64,000 nucleotides of DNA from Auanema rhodensis. Its lineage: Eukaryota; Animalia; Nematoda. The first letter of the stretch is position 1; every line of letters starts with the position of its first letter. A program made the position numbers and the translations under genes. Shown here in pieces: positions 28,901-43,000 of this stretch. The notes beneath the pieces are model-generated. The model had not been told where the DNA came from. It searched no databases and saw only the letters and a program-made list of their open reading frames with translations. Location: assembly GCA_964057225.1 (NCBI GenBank), contig OZ059900.1, positions 8,618,001 to 8,682,000 of the forward strand. Reading direction: 5' to 3'.

Positions 28901-30273
28901 ATCAACATTCTATGACAGTATTTCATACATTTAGTCGTTTTAGAAGAAAAAAATATGCTTAAGATCAAAAGTTTGACTGATTTTGCCAAAATGTCCTTCA
29001 AACCCCAAAAAACCAATAATTCTTGATATTTTCGGTCCTTTTTGACCAAAGTGGTTAAAATTGAACATATATATGTGAAAATAGTCAAAGTTTATGAATC
29101 CTGAATTTCAAATCCATATCTCAAAGGGTCTGATCAAAACATACAGTTTTCACATGTTTTGTACCCAAAATCGTTGAATATATGGCGTTTTGAGCATAAA
29201 AAGGCCCATATTTCAATCAGTTTCGATATTCGTGCAAAATACACCTATATCAACATTCTATGACAGTATTTCATACATTTAGTCGTTTTAGAAGAAAAAA
29301 ATATGCTTAAGATCAAAAGTTTGACTGATTTTGCCAAAATGTCCTTCAAACCCCAAAAAACCAATAATTCTTGATATTTTCGGTCCTTTTTGACCAAAGT
29401 GGTTAAAATTGAACATATATATGTGAAAATAGTCAAAGTTTATGAATCCTGAATTTCAAATCCATATCTCAAAGGGTCTGATCAAAACATACAGTTTTCA
29501 CATGTTTTGTACCCAAAATCGTTGAATATATGGCGTTTTGAGCATAAAAAGGCCCATATTTCAATCAGTTTCGATATTCGTGCAAAATACACCTATATCA
29601 ACATTCTATGACAGTATTTCATACATTTAGTCGTTTTAGAAGAAAAAAATATGCTTAAGATCAAAGGTTTGACTGATTTTGCCAAAATGCCCTTCAATCC
29701 CCAAAAAACCAATAATTCTTGATATTTTCGGTCCTTTTTGACCAAAGTGGTTAAAATTGAACATATATATGTGAAAATAGTCAAAGTTTATGAATCCTGA
29801 ATTTCAAATCCATATCTCAAAGGGTCTGATCAAAACATACAGTTTTCACATGTTTTGTACCCAAAATCGTTGAATATATGGCGTTTTGAGCATAAAAAGG
29901 CCCATATTTCAATCAGTTTTGATATTCGTGCAAAATACACCTACATCAACATTCTATGACAGTATTCCATACATTTAGTCGTTTTAGAAGAAAAAAACAT
30001 GCTTAAGATCAAAAGTTTGACTGATTTTGCCAAAATGCCCTTCAATCCCCAAAAAACCAATAATTCTTGATATTTTCGGTCCTTTTTGACCAAAGTGGTT
30101 AAAATTGGACATATATATGTGAAAATAGTCAAAGTTTATGAATCCTGAATTTCAAATCTATATCTCAAAGGGTCTGATCAAAACATACAGTTTTCACATG
30201 TTTTGTACCCAAAATCGTTGAATATATGGCATTTTGAGCATAAAAAGGCCCATATTTCAATCAGTTTTGATAT
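13918..30273. repeat. Higher-order repeat domain: 3-monomer (A-B-C, 1044 bp) HOR, 12 intact trimers plus partial ones
   Basis: A = CCTACATC, AACATG, TTAGCC, GTAGAAATAGTCG, CCGTATC. B = ACAGCT, ATGTCC. C = CAAAGGTTTG. The markers recur every 1044 bp, and the ORF track shows a present-present-absent pattern with KD/KP alternation. Interrupted at 18790-19833, with an extra A at 26098-26793 and a hybrid monomer at 29230. Confidence 0.95.
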
Positions 30274-33057
30274 TCGTGCAAAATACTTCTATATGAACAT
30301 TCTATGACAGTATTTCATACATTTAGTCGTTTTAGAAGAAAAAAATATGCTTAAGATCAAAAGTTTGACTGATTTTGCCAAAATGCCCTTCAATCCCCAA
30401 AAAACCAATAATTCTTGATATTTTCGGTCCTTCTTGACCAAAGTGGTTAAAATTGGACATAAATATGTAAAAATAGTCAAAGTTTATGAATCCTGAATTT
30501 CAAATCCATATCTCAAAGGGTCTGATCAAAACATACAGTTTTCACATGTTTTGTACCCAAAATCGTTGAATATATGGCATTTTGAGCATAAAAAGGCCCA
30601 TATTTCAATCAGTTTTGATATTCGTGCAAAATACTTCTATATGAACATTCTATGACAGTATTTCATACATTTAGTCGTTTTAGAAGAAAAAAATATGCTT
30701 AAGATCAAAAGTTTGACTGATTTTGCCAAAATGCCCTTCAATCCCCAAAAAACCAATAATTCTTGATATTTTCGGTCCTTCTTGACCAAAGTGGTTAAAA
30801 TTGGACATAAATATGTAAAAATAGTCAAAGTTTATGAATCCTGAATTTCAAATCCATATCTCAAAGGGTCTGATCAAAACATAGAGTTTTCACATGTTTT
30901 GTACCCAAAATCGTTGAATATATGGCGTTTTGAGCATAAAAAGGCCCATATTTCAATCAGTTTCGATATTCGTGCAAAATACACCTATATCAACATTCTA
31001 TGACAGTATTTCATACATTTAGTCGTTTTAGAAGAAAAAAATATGCTTAAGATCAAAAGTTTGACTGATTTTGCCAAAATGCCCTTCAATCCCCAAAAAA
31101 CCAATAATTCTTGATATTTTCGGTCCTTCTTGACCAAAGTGGTTAAAATTGGACATAAATATGTAAAAATAGTCAAAGTTTATGAATCCTGAATTTCAAA
31201 TCCATATCTCAAAGGGTCTGATCAAAACATACAGTTTTCACATGTTTTGTACCCAAAATCGTTGAATATATGGCGTTTTGAGCATAAAAAGGCCCATATT
31301 TCAATCAGTTTTGATATTCGTGCAAAATACACCTATATGAACATTCTTTGACAGTATTTCATACATTTAGTCGTTTTAGAAGAAAAAAATATGCTTAAGA
31401 TCAAAAGTTTGACTGATTTTGCCAAAATGCCCTTCAAACCCCAAAAAACCAATAATTCTTGATATTTTCGGTCCTTTTTGACCAAAGTGGTTAAAATTGG
31501 ACATATATATGTAGAAATAGTCGAAGTTTATGAATCCTGAATTTCAAATCCATATCTCAAAGGGTCTGATCAAAACATACAGTTTTCACATGTTTTGTAC
31601 CCAAAATCGTTGAATATATGGCGTTTTGAGCATAAAAAGGCCCATATTTCAATCAGTTTCGATATTCGTGCAAAATACACCTATATCAACATTCTATGAC
31701 AGTATTTCATACATTTAGTCGTTTTAGAAGAAAAAAATATGCTTAAGATCAAAAGTTTGACTGATTTTGCCAAAATGCCCTTCAATCCCCAAAAAACCAA
31801 TAATTCTTGATATTTTCGGTCCTTTTTGACCAAAGTGGTTAAAATTGAACATATATATGTAAAAATAGTCAAAGTTTATGAATCCTGAACTTCAAATCCA
31901 TATCTCAAAGGGTCTGATCAAGACATACAGTTTTCACATGTTTTGTACCCAAAATCGTTGAATATATGGCGTTTTGAGCATAAAAAGGCCCATATTTCAA
32001 TCAGTTTTGATATTCGTGCAAAATACACCTATATGAACATTCTATGACAGTATTTCATACATTTAGTCGTTTTAGAAGAAAAAAATATGCTTAAGATCAA
32101 AAGTTTGACTGATTTTGCCAAAATGTCCTTCAAACCCCAAAAAACCAATAATTCTTGATATTTTCGGTCCTTTTTGACCAAAGTGGTTAAAATTGAACAT
32201 ATATATGTGAAAATAGTCAAAGTTTATGAATCCTGAATTTCAAATCCATATCTCAAAGGGTCTGATCAAAACATACAGTTTTCACATGTTTTGTACCCAA
32301 AATCGTTGAATATATGGCGTTTTGAGCATAAAAAGGCCCATATTTCAATCAGTTTTGATATTCGTGCAAAATACACCTATATCAACATTCTATGGCAGTA
32401 TTCCATACATTTAGTCGTTTTAGAAGAAAAAAACATGCTTAAGATCAAAAGTTTGACTGATTTAGCCAAAATGCCCTTCAAACCCCAAAAAACCAATAAT
32501 TCTTGATATTTTCGGTCCTTTTTGACCAAAGTGGTTAAAATTGAACATATATATGTGAAAATAGTCAAAGTTTATGAATCCTGAATTTCAAATCCATATC
32601 TCAAAGGGTCTGATCAAAACATACAGTTTTCACATGTTTTGTACCCAAAATCGTTGAATATATGGCGTTTTGAGCATAAAAAGGCCCATATTTCAATCAG
32701 TTTTGATATTCGTGCAAAATACTTCTATATGAACATTCTATGACAGTATTTCATACATTTAGTCGTTTTAGAAGAAAAAAATATGCTTAAGATCAAAAGT
32801 TTGACTGATTTTGCCAAAATGTCCTTCAATCCCCAAAAAACCAATAATTCTTGATATTTTCGGTCCTTTTTGACCAAAGTGGTTAAAATTGAACATATAT
32901 ATGTGAAAATAGTCAAAGTTTATGAATCCTGAATTTCAAATCCATATCTCAAAGGGTCTGATCAAAACATACAGTTTTCACATGTTTTGTACCCAAAATC
33001 GTTGAATATATGGCGTTTTGAGCATAAAAAGGCCCATATTTCAATCAGTTTTGATAT

Positions 33058-35841
33058 TCGTGCAAAATACTTCTATATGAACATTCTATGACAGTATTTC
33101 ATACATTTAGTCGTTTTAGAAGAAAAAAATATGCTTAAGATCAAAAGTTTGACTGATTTTGCCAAAATGCCCTTCAATCCCCAAAAAACCAATAATTCTT
33201 GATATTTTCGGTCCTTCTTGACCAAAGTGGTTAAAATTGGACATAAATATGTAAAAATAGTCAAAGTTTATGAATCCTGAATTTCAAATCGATATCTCAA
33301 AGGGTCTGATCAAAACATACAGTTTTCACATGTTTTGTACCCAAAATCGTTGAATATATGGCGTTTTGAGCATAAAAAGGCCCATATTTCAATCAGTTTT
33401 GATATTCGTGCAAAATACACCTATATGAACATTCTTTGACAGTATTTCATACATTTAGTCGTTTTAGAAGAAGAAAATATGCTTAAGATCAAAAGTTTGA
33501 CTGATTTTGCCAAAATGCCCTTCAAACCCCAAAAAACCAATAATTCTTGATATTTTCGGTCCTTTTTGACCAAAGTGGTTAAAATTGGAAATATATATGT
33601 AGAAATAGTCGAAGTTTATGAATCCTGAATTTCAAATCCATATCTCAAAGGGTCTGATCAAAACATACAGTTTTCACATGTTTTGTACCCAAAATCGTTG
33701 AATATATGGCGTTTTGAGCATAAAAAGGCCCATATTTCAATCAGTTTTGGTATTCGTGCGAAATACACCTATATGAACATTCTATGACAGTATTCCATAC
33801 ATTTAGTCGTTTTAGAAGAAAAAAATATGCTTAAGATCAAAAGTTTGACTGATTTTGCCAAAATGCCCTTCAATCCCCAAAAAACCAATAATTCTTGATA
33901 TTTTCGGTCCTTTTTGACCAAAGTGGTTAAAATTGGACATATATATGTGAAAATAGTCAAAGTTTATGAATCCTGAATTTCAAATCCATATCTCAAAGGG
34001 TCTGATCAAAACATAGAGTTTTCACATGTTTTGTACCCAAAATCGTTGAATATATGGCGTTTTGAGCATAAAAAGGCCCATATTTCAATCAGTTTCGATA
34101 TTCGTGCAAAATACACCTATATCAACATTCTATGACAGTATTTCGTACATTTAGTCGTTTTAGAAGAAAAAAATATGCTTAAGATCAAAAGTTTGACTGA
34201 TTTTGCCAAAATGCCCTTCAAACCCCAAAAAACCAATAATTCTTGATATTTTCGGTCCTTTTTGACCAAAGTGGTTAAAATTGAACATATATATGTGAAA
34301 ATAGTCAAAGTTTATGAATCCTGAATTTCAAATCCATATCTCAAAGGGTCTGATCAAAACATACAGTTTTCACATGTTTTGTACCCAAAATCGTTGAATA
34401 TATGGCGTTTTGAGCATAAAAAGGCCCATATTTCAATCAGTTTTGATATTCGTGCAAAATACTTCTATATGAACATTCTATGACAGTATTTCATACATTT
34501 AGTCGTTTTAGAAGAAAAAAATATGCTTAAGATCAAAAGTTTGACTGATTTTGCCAAAATGCCCTTCAATCCCCAAAAAACCAATAATTCTTGATATTTT
34601 CGGTCCTTCTTGACCAAAGTGGTTAAAATTGGACATAAATATGTAAAAATAGTCAAAGTTTATGAATCCTGAATTTCAAATCGATATCTCAAAGGGTCTG
34701 ATCAAAACATACAGTTTTCACATGTTTTGTACCCAAAATCGTTGAATATATGGCGTTTTGAGCATAAAAAGGCCCATATTTCAATCAGTTTTGATATTCG
34801 TGCAAAATACACCTATATGAACATTCTTTGACAGTATTTCATACATTTAGTCGTTTTAGAAGAAGAAAATATGCTTAAGATCAAAAGTTTGACTGATTTT
34901 GCCAAAATGCCCTTCAAACCCCAAAAAACCAATAATTCTTGATATTTTCGGTCCTTTTTGACCAAAGTGGTTAAAATTGGAAATATATATGTAGAAATAG
35001 TCGAAGTTTATGAATCCTGAATTTCAAATCCATATCTCAAAGGGTCTGATCAAAACATACAGTTTTCACATGTTTTGTACCCAAAATCGTTGAATATATG
35101 GCGTTTTGAGCATAAAAAGGCCCATATTTCAATCAGTTTTGGTATTCGTGCGAAATACACCTATATGAACATTCTATGACAGTATTCCATACATTTAGTC
35201 GTTTTAGAAGAAAAAAATATGCTTAAGATCAAAAGTTTGACTGATTTTGCCAAAATGCCCTTCAATCCCCAAAAAACCAATAATTCTTGATATTTTCGGT
35301 CCTTTTTGACCAAAGTGGTTAAAATTGGACATATATATGTGAAAATAGTCAAAGTTTATGAATCCTGAATTTCAAATCCATATCTCAAAGGGTCTGATCA
35401 AAACATAGAGTTTTCACATGTTTTGTACCCAAAATCGTTGAATATATGGCGTTTTGAGCATAAAAAGGCCCATATTTCAATCAGTTTCGATATTCGTGCA
35501 AAATACACCTATATCAACATTCTATGACAGTATTTCGTACATTTAGTCGTTTTAGAAGAAAAAAATATGCTTAAGATCAAAAGTTTGACTGATTTTGCCA
35601 AAATGCCCTTCAAACCCCAAAAAACCAATAATTCTTGATATTTTCGGTCCTTTTTGACCAAAGTGGTTAAAATTGGACATATATATGTAGAAATAGTCGA
35701 AGTTTATGAATCCAGAATTTCAAATCCATATCTCAAAGGGTCTGATCAAAACATACAGTTTTCACATGTTTTGTACCCAAAATCGTTGAATATATGGCGT
35801 TTTGAGCATAAAAAGGCCCATATTTCAATCAGTTTCGATAT
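33058..35841. repeat. Tandem duplication of a 4-monomer unit (1392 bp)
   Basis: AAATCGATATC (33291/34683), TTGGAAATAT (33590/34982), TTTGGTATTCGTGCGAAA (33750/35142) and TTCGTAC (34145/35537) are all 1392 bp apart. Confidence 0.9.
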
Positions 35842-36537
35842 TCGTGCAAAATACACCTATATCAACATTCTATGACAGTATTTCATACATTTAGTCGTTT
35901 TAGAAGAAAAAAATATGCTTAAGATCAAAAGTTTGACTGATTTTGCCAAAATGCCCTTCAATCACCAAAAAACCAATAATTCTTGATATTTTCGGTCCTT
36001 TTTGACCAAAGTGGTTAAAATTGAACATATATATGTAAAAATAGTCAAAGTTTATGAATCCTGAATTTCAAATCCATATCTCAAAGGGTCTGATCAAAAC
36101 ATACAGTTTTCACATGTTTTGTACCCAAAATCGTTGAATATATGGCGTTTTGAGCATAAAAAGGCCCATATTTCAATCAGTTTTGATATTCGTGCAAAAT
36201 ACACCTATATGAACATTCTATGACAGTATTTCATACATTTAGTCGTTTTAGAAGAAAAAAATATGCTTAAGATCAAAAGTTTGACTGATTTTGCCAAAAT
36301 GTCCTTCAAACCCCAAAAAACCAATAATTCTTGATATTTTCGGTCCTTTTTGACCAAAGTGGTTAAAATTGAACATATATATGTGAAAATAGTCAAAGTT
36401 TATGAATCCTGAATTTCAAATCCATATCTCAAAGGGTCTGATCAAAACATACAGTTTTCACATGTTTTGTACCCAAAATCGTTGAATATATGGCGTTTTG
36501 AGCATAAAAAGGCCCATATTTCAATCAGTTTTGATAT

Positions 36538-39500
36538 TCGTGCAAAATACACCTATATCAACATTCTATAGCAGTATTCCATACATTTAGTCGTTTTAGA
36601 AGAAAAAAACATGCTTAAGATCAAAAGTTTGACTGATTTAGCCAAAATGCCCTTCAAACCCCAAAAAACCAATAATTCTTGATATTTTCGGTCCTTTTTG
36701 ACCAAAGTGGTTAAAATTGAACATATATATGTGAAAATAGTCAAAGTTTATGAATCCTGAATTTCAAATCCATATCTCAAAGGGTCTGATCAAAACATAC
36801 AGTTTTCACATGTTTTGTACCCAAAATCGTTGAATATATGGCGTTTTGAGCATAAAAAGGCCCATATTTCAATCAGTTTTGATATTCGTGCAAAATACTT
36901 CTATATGAACATTCTATGACAGTATTTCATACATTTAGTCGTTTTAGAAGAAAAAAATATGCTTAAGATCAAAAGTTTGACTGATTTTGCCAAAATGTCC
37001 TTCAAACCCCAAAAAACCAATAATTCTTGATATTTTCGGTCCTTTTTGACCAAAGTGGTTAAAATTGAACATATATATGTGAAAATAGTCAAAGTTTATG
37101 AATCCTGAATTTCAAATCCATATCTCAAAGGGTCTGATCAAAACATACAGTTTTCACATGTTTTGTACCCAAAATCGTTGAATATATGGCGTTTTGAGCA
37201 TAAAAAGGCCCATATTTCAATCAGTTTCGATATTCGTGCAAAATACACCTATATCAACATTCTATGACAGTATTTCATACATTTAGTCGTTTTAGAAGAA
37301 GAAAATATGCTTAAGATCAAAAGTTTGACTGATTTTGCCAAAATGCCCTTCAATCCCCAAAAAACCAATAATTCTTGATATTTTCGGTCCTTCTTGACCA
37401 AAGTGGTTAAAATTGAACATATATATGTGAAAATAGTCAAAGTTTATGAATCCTGAATTTCAAATCCATATCTCAAAGGGTCTGATCAAAACATACAGTT
37501 TTCACATGTTTTGTACCCAAAATCGTTGAATATATGGCGTTTTGAGCATAAAAAGGCCCATATTTCAATCAGTTTTGATATTCGTGCAAAATACACCTAT
37601 ATCAACATTCTATGGCAGTATTCCATACATTTAGTCGTTTTAGAAGAAAAAAACATGCTTAAGATCAAAAGTTTGACTGATTTAGCCAAAATGCCCTTCA
37701 AACCCCAAAAAACCAATAATTCTTGATATTTTCGGTCCTTTTTGACCAAAGTGGTTAAAATTGGACATAAATATGTAAAAATAGTCAAAGTTTATGAATC
37801 CTGAATTTCAAATCCATATCTCAAAGGGTCTGATCAAAACATACAGTTTTCACATGTTTTGTACCCAAAATCGTTGAATATATGGCGTTTTGAGCATAAA
37901 AAGGCCCATATTTCAATCAGTTTTGATATTCGTGCAAAATACACCTATATGAACATTCTTTGACAGTATTTCATACATTTAGTCGTTTTAGAAGAAAAAA
38001 ATATGCTTAAGATCAAAAGTTTGACTGATTTTGCCAAAATGCCCTTCAAACCCCAAAAAACCAATAATTCTTGATATTTTCGGTCCTTTTTGACCAAAGT
38101 GGTTAAAATTGAACATATATATGTGAAAATAGTCAAAGTTTATGAATCCTGAATTTCAAATCCATATCTCAAAGGGTCTGATCAAAACATACAGTTTTCA
38201 CATGTTTTGTACCCAAAATCGTTGAATATATGGCGTTTTGAGCATAAAAAGGCCCATATTTCAATCAGTTTTGATATTCGTGCAAAATACACCTATATCA
38301 ACATTCTATAGCAGTATTCCATACATTTAGTCGTTTTAGAAGAAAAAAACATGCTTAAGATCAAAAGTTTGACTGATTTAGCCAAAATGCCCTTCAAACC
38401 CCAAAAAACCAATAATTCTTGATATTTTCGGTCCTTTTTGACCAAAGTGGTTAAAATTGAACATATATATGTGAAAATAGTCAAAGTTTATGAATCCTGA
38501 ATTTCAAATCCATATCTCAAAGGGTCTGATCAAAACATACAGTTTTCACATGTTTTGTACCCAAAATCGTTGAATATATGGCGTTTTGAGCATAAAAAGG
38601 CCCATATTTCAATCAGTTTTGATATTCGTGCAAAATACTTCTATATGAACATTCTATGACAGTATTTCATACATTTAGTCGTTTTAGAAGAAAAAAATAT
38701 GCTTAAGATCAAAAGTTTGACTGATTTTGCCAAAATGTCCTTCAAACCCCAAAAAACCAATAATTCTTGATATTTTCGGTCCTTTTTGACCAAAGTGGTT
38801 AAAATTGAACATATATATGTGAAAATAGTCAAAGTTTATGAATCCTGAATTTCAAATCCATATCTCAAAGGGTCTGATCAAAACATACAGTTTTCACATG
38901 TTTTGTACCCAAAATCGTTGAATATATGGCGTTTTGAGCATAAAAAGGCCCATATTTCAATCAGTTTCGATATTCGTGCAAAATACACCTATATCAACAT
39001 TCTATGACAGTATTTCATACATTTAGTCGTTTTAGAAGAAGAAAATATGCTTAAGATCAAAAGTTTGACTGATTTTGCCAAAATGCCCTTCAATCCCCAA
39101 AAAACCAATAATTCTTGATATTTTCGGTCCTTCTTGACCAAAGTGGTTAAAATTGAACATATATATGTGAAAATAGTCAAAGTTTATGAATCCTGAATTT
39201 CAAATCCATATCTCAAAGGGTCTGATCAAAACATACAGTTTTCACATGTTTTGTACCCAAAATCGTTGAATATATGGCGTTTTGAGCATAAAAAGGCCCA
39301 TATTTCAATCAGTTTTGATATTCGTGCAAAATACACCTATATCAACATTCTATGGCAGTATTCCATACATTTAGTCGTTTTAGAAGAAAAAAACATGCTT
39401 AAGATCAAAAGTTTGACTGATTTAGCCAAAATGCCCTTCAAACCCCAAAAAACCAATAATTCTTGATATTTTCGGTCCTTTTTGACCAAAGTGGTTAAAA

Positions 39501-40017
39501 TTGGACATAAATATGTAAAAATAGTCAAAGTTTATGAATCCTGAATTTCAAATCCATATCTCAAAGGGTCTGATCAAAACATACAGTTTTCACATGTTTT
39601 GTACCCAAAATCGTTGAATATATGGCGTTTTGAGCATAAAAAGGCCCATATTTCAATCAGTTTTGATATTCGTGCAAAATACACCTATATGAACATTCTT
39701 TGACAGTATTTCATACATTTAGTCGTTTTAGAAGAAAAAAATATGCTTAAGATCAAAAGTTTGACTGATTTTGCCAAAATGCCCTTCAAACCCCAAAAAA
39801 CCAATAATTCTTGATATTTTCTGTCCTTTTTGACCAAAGTGGTTAAAATTGGACATATATATGTAGGAATAGTCGAAGTTTATGAATCCTGAATTTCAAA
39901 TCCATATCTCAAAGGGTCTGATCAAAACATACAGTTTTCACATGTTTTGTACCCAAAATCGTTGAATATATGGCGTTTTGAGCATAAAAAGGCCCATATT
40001 TCAATCAGTTTCGATAT
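36538..40017. repeat. Tandem duplication of a 5-monomer unit (1740 bp)
   Basis: CTATAGCAG (36570/38310), GAAGAAGAAAAT (37301/39041) and CTATGGCAG (37615/39355) are all 1740 bp apart. Confidence 0.9.
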
Positions 40018-43000
40018 TCGTGCAAAATACACCTATATCAACATTCTATGACAGTATTTCATACATTTAGTCGTTTTAGAAGAAAAAAATATGCTTAAGA
40101 TCAAAAGTTTGACTGATTTTGCCAAAATGCCCTTCAATCCCCAAAAAACCAATAATTCTTGATATTTTCGGTCCTTTTTGACCAAAGTGGTTAAAATTGG
40201 ACATAAATATGTAAAAATAGTCAAAGTTTATGAATCCTGAATTTCAAATCCATATCTCAAAGGGTCTGATCAAAACATACAGTTTTCACATGTTTTGTAC
40301 CCAAAATCGTTGAATATATGGCGTTTTGAGCATAAAAAGGCCCATATTTCAATCAGTTTTGATATTCGTGCAAAATACACCTATATGAACATTCTTTGAC
40401 AGTATTTCATACATTTAGTCGTTTTAGAAGAAAAAAATATGCTTAAGATCAAAAGTTTGACTGATTTTGCCAAAATGCCCTTCAAACCCCAAAAAACCAA
40501 TAATTCTTGATATTTTCGGTCCTTTTTGACCAAAGTGGTTAAAATTGGACATATATATGTAGAAATAGTCGAAGTTTATGAATCCTGAATTTCAAATCCA
40601 TATCTCAAAGGGTCTGATCAAAACATACAGTTTTCACATGTTTTGTACCCAAAATCGTTGAATATATGGCGTTTTGAGCATAAAAAGGCCCATATTTCAA
40701 TCAGTTTCGATATTCGTGCAAAATACACCTATATCAACATTCTATGACAGTATTTCATACATTTAGTCGTTTTAGAAGAAAAAAATATGCTTAAGATCAA
40801 AAGTTTGACTGATTTTGCCAAAATGCCCTTCAATCCCCAAAAAACCAATAATTCTTGATATTTTCGGTCCTTTTTGACCAAAGTGGTTAAAATTGAACAT
40901 ATATATGTAAAAATAGTCAAAGTTTATGAATCCTGAATTTCAAATCCATATCTCAAAGGGTCTGATCAAGACATACAGTTTTCACATGTTTTGTACCCAA
41001 AATCGTTGAATATATGGCGTTTTGAGCATAAAAAGGCCCATATTTCAATCAGTTTTGATATTCGTGCAAAATACACCTATATGAACATTCTATGACAGTA
41101 TTTCATACATTTAGTCGTTTTAGAAGAAAAAAATATGCTTAAGATCAAAAGTTTGACTGATTTTGCCAAAATGTCCTTCAAACCCCAAAAAACCAATAAT
41201 TCTTGATATTTTCGGTCCTTTTTGACCAAAGTGGTTAAAATTGAACATATATATGTAAAAATAGTCAAAGTTTATGAATCCTGAATTTCAAATCCATATC
41301 TCAAAGGGTCTGATCAAAACATACAGTTTTCACATGTTTTGTACCCAAAATCGTTGAATATATGGCATTTTGAGCATAAAAAGGCCCATATTTCAATCAG
41401 TTTTGATATTCGTGCAAAATACTTCTATATGAACATTCTATGACAGTATTTCATACATTTAGTCGTTTTAGAAGAAAAAAATATGCTTAAGATCAAAAGT
41501 TTGACTGATTTTGCCAAAATGCCCTTCAATCCCCAAAAAACCAATAATTCTTGATATTTTCGGTCCTTCTTGACCAAAGTGGTTAAAATTGGACATAAAT
41601 ATGTAAAAATAGTCAAAGTTTATGAATCCTGAATTTCAAATCCATATCTCAAAGGGTCTGATCAAAACATAGAGTTTTCACATGTTTTGTACCCAAAATC
41701 GTTGAATATATGGCGTTTTGAGCATAAAAAGGCCCATATTTCAATCAGTTTCGATATTCGTGCAAAATACACCTATATCAACATTCTATGACAGTATTTC
41801 ATACATTTAGTCGTTTTAGAAGAAAAAAATATGCTTAAGATCAAAAGTTTGACTGATTTTGCCAAAATGCCCTTCAATCCCCAAAAAACCAATAATTCTT
41901 GATATTTTCGGTCCTTCTTGACCAAAGTGGTTAAAATTGGACATAAATATGTAAAAATAGTCAAAGTTTATGAATCCTGAATTTCAAATCCATATCTCAA
42001 AGGGTCTGATCAAAACATACAGTTTTCACATGTTTTGTACCCAAAATCGTTGAATATATGGCGTTTTGAGCATAAAAAGGCCCATATTTCAATCAGTTTT
42101 GATATTCGTGCAAAATACACCTATATGAACATTCTTTGACAGTATTTCATACATTTAGTCGTTTTAGAAGAAAAAAATATGCTTAAGATCAAAAGTTTGA
42201 CTGATTTTGCCAAAATGCCCTTCAAACCCCAAAAAACCAATAATTCTTGATATTTTCGGTCCTTTTTGACCAAAGTGGTTAAAATTGGACATATATATGT
42301 AGAAATAGTCGAAGTTTATGAATCCTGAATTTCAAATCCATATCTCAAAGGGTCTGATCAAAACATACAGTTTTCACATGTTTTGTACCCAAAATCGTTG
42401 AATATATGGCGTTTTGAGCATAAAAAGGCCCATATTTCAATCAGTTTCGATATTCGTGCAAAATACACCTATATCAACATTCTATGACAGTATTTCATAC
42501 ATTTAGTCGTTTTAGAAGAAAAAAATATGCTTAAGATCAAAAGTTTGACTGATTTTGCCAAAATGCCCTTCAATCCCCAAAAAACCAATAATTCTTGATA
42601 TTTTCGGTCCTTTTTGACCAAAGTGGTTAAAATTGAACATATATATGTAAAAATAGTCAAAGTTTATGAATCCTGAACTTCAAATCCATATCTCAAAGGG
42701 TCTGATCAAGACATACAGTTTTCACATGTTTTGTACCCAAAATCGTTGAATATATGGCGTTTTGAGCATAAAAAGGCCCATATTTCAATCAGTTTTGATA
42801 TTCGTGCAAAATACACCTATATGAACATTCTATGACAGTATTTCATACATTTAGTCGTTTTAGAAGAAAAAAATATGCTTAAGATCAAAAGTTTGACTGA
42901 TTTTGCCAAAATGTCCTTCAAACCCCAAAAAACCAATAATTCTTGATATTTTCGGTCCTTTTTGACCAAAGTGGTTAAAATTGAACATATATATGTGAAA

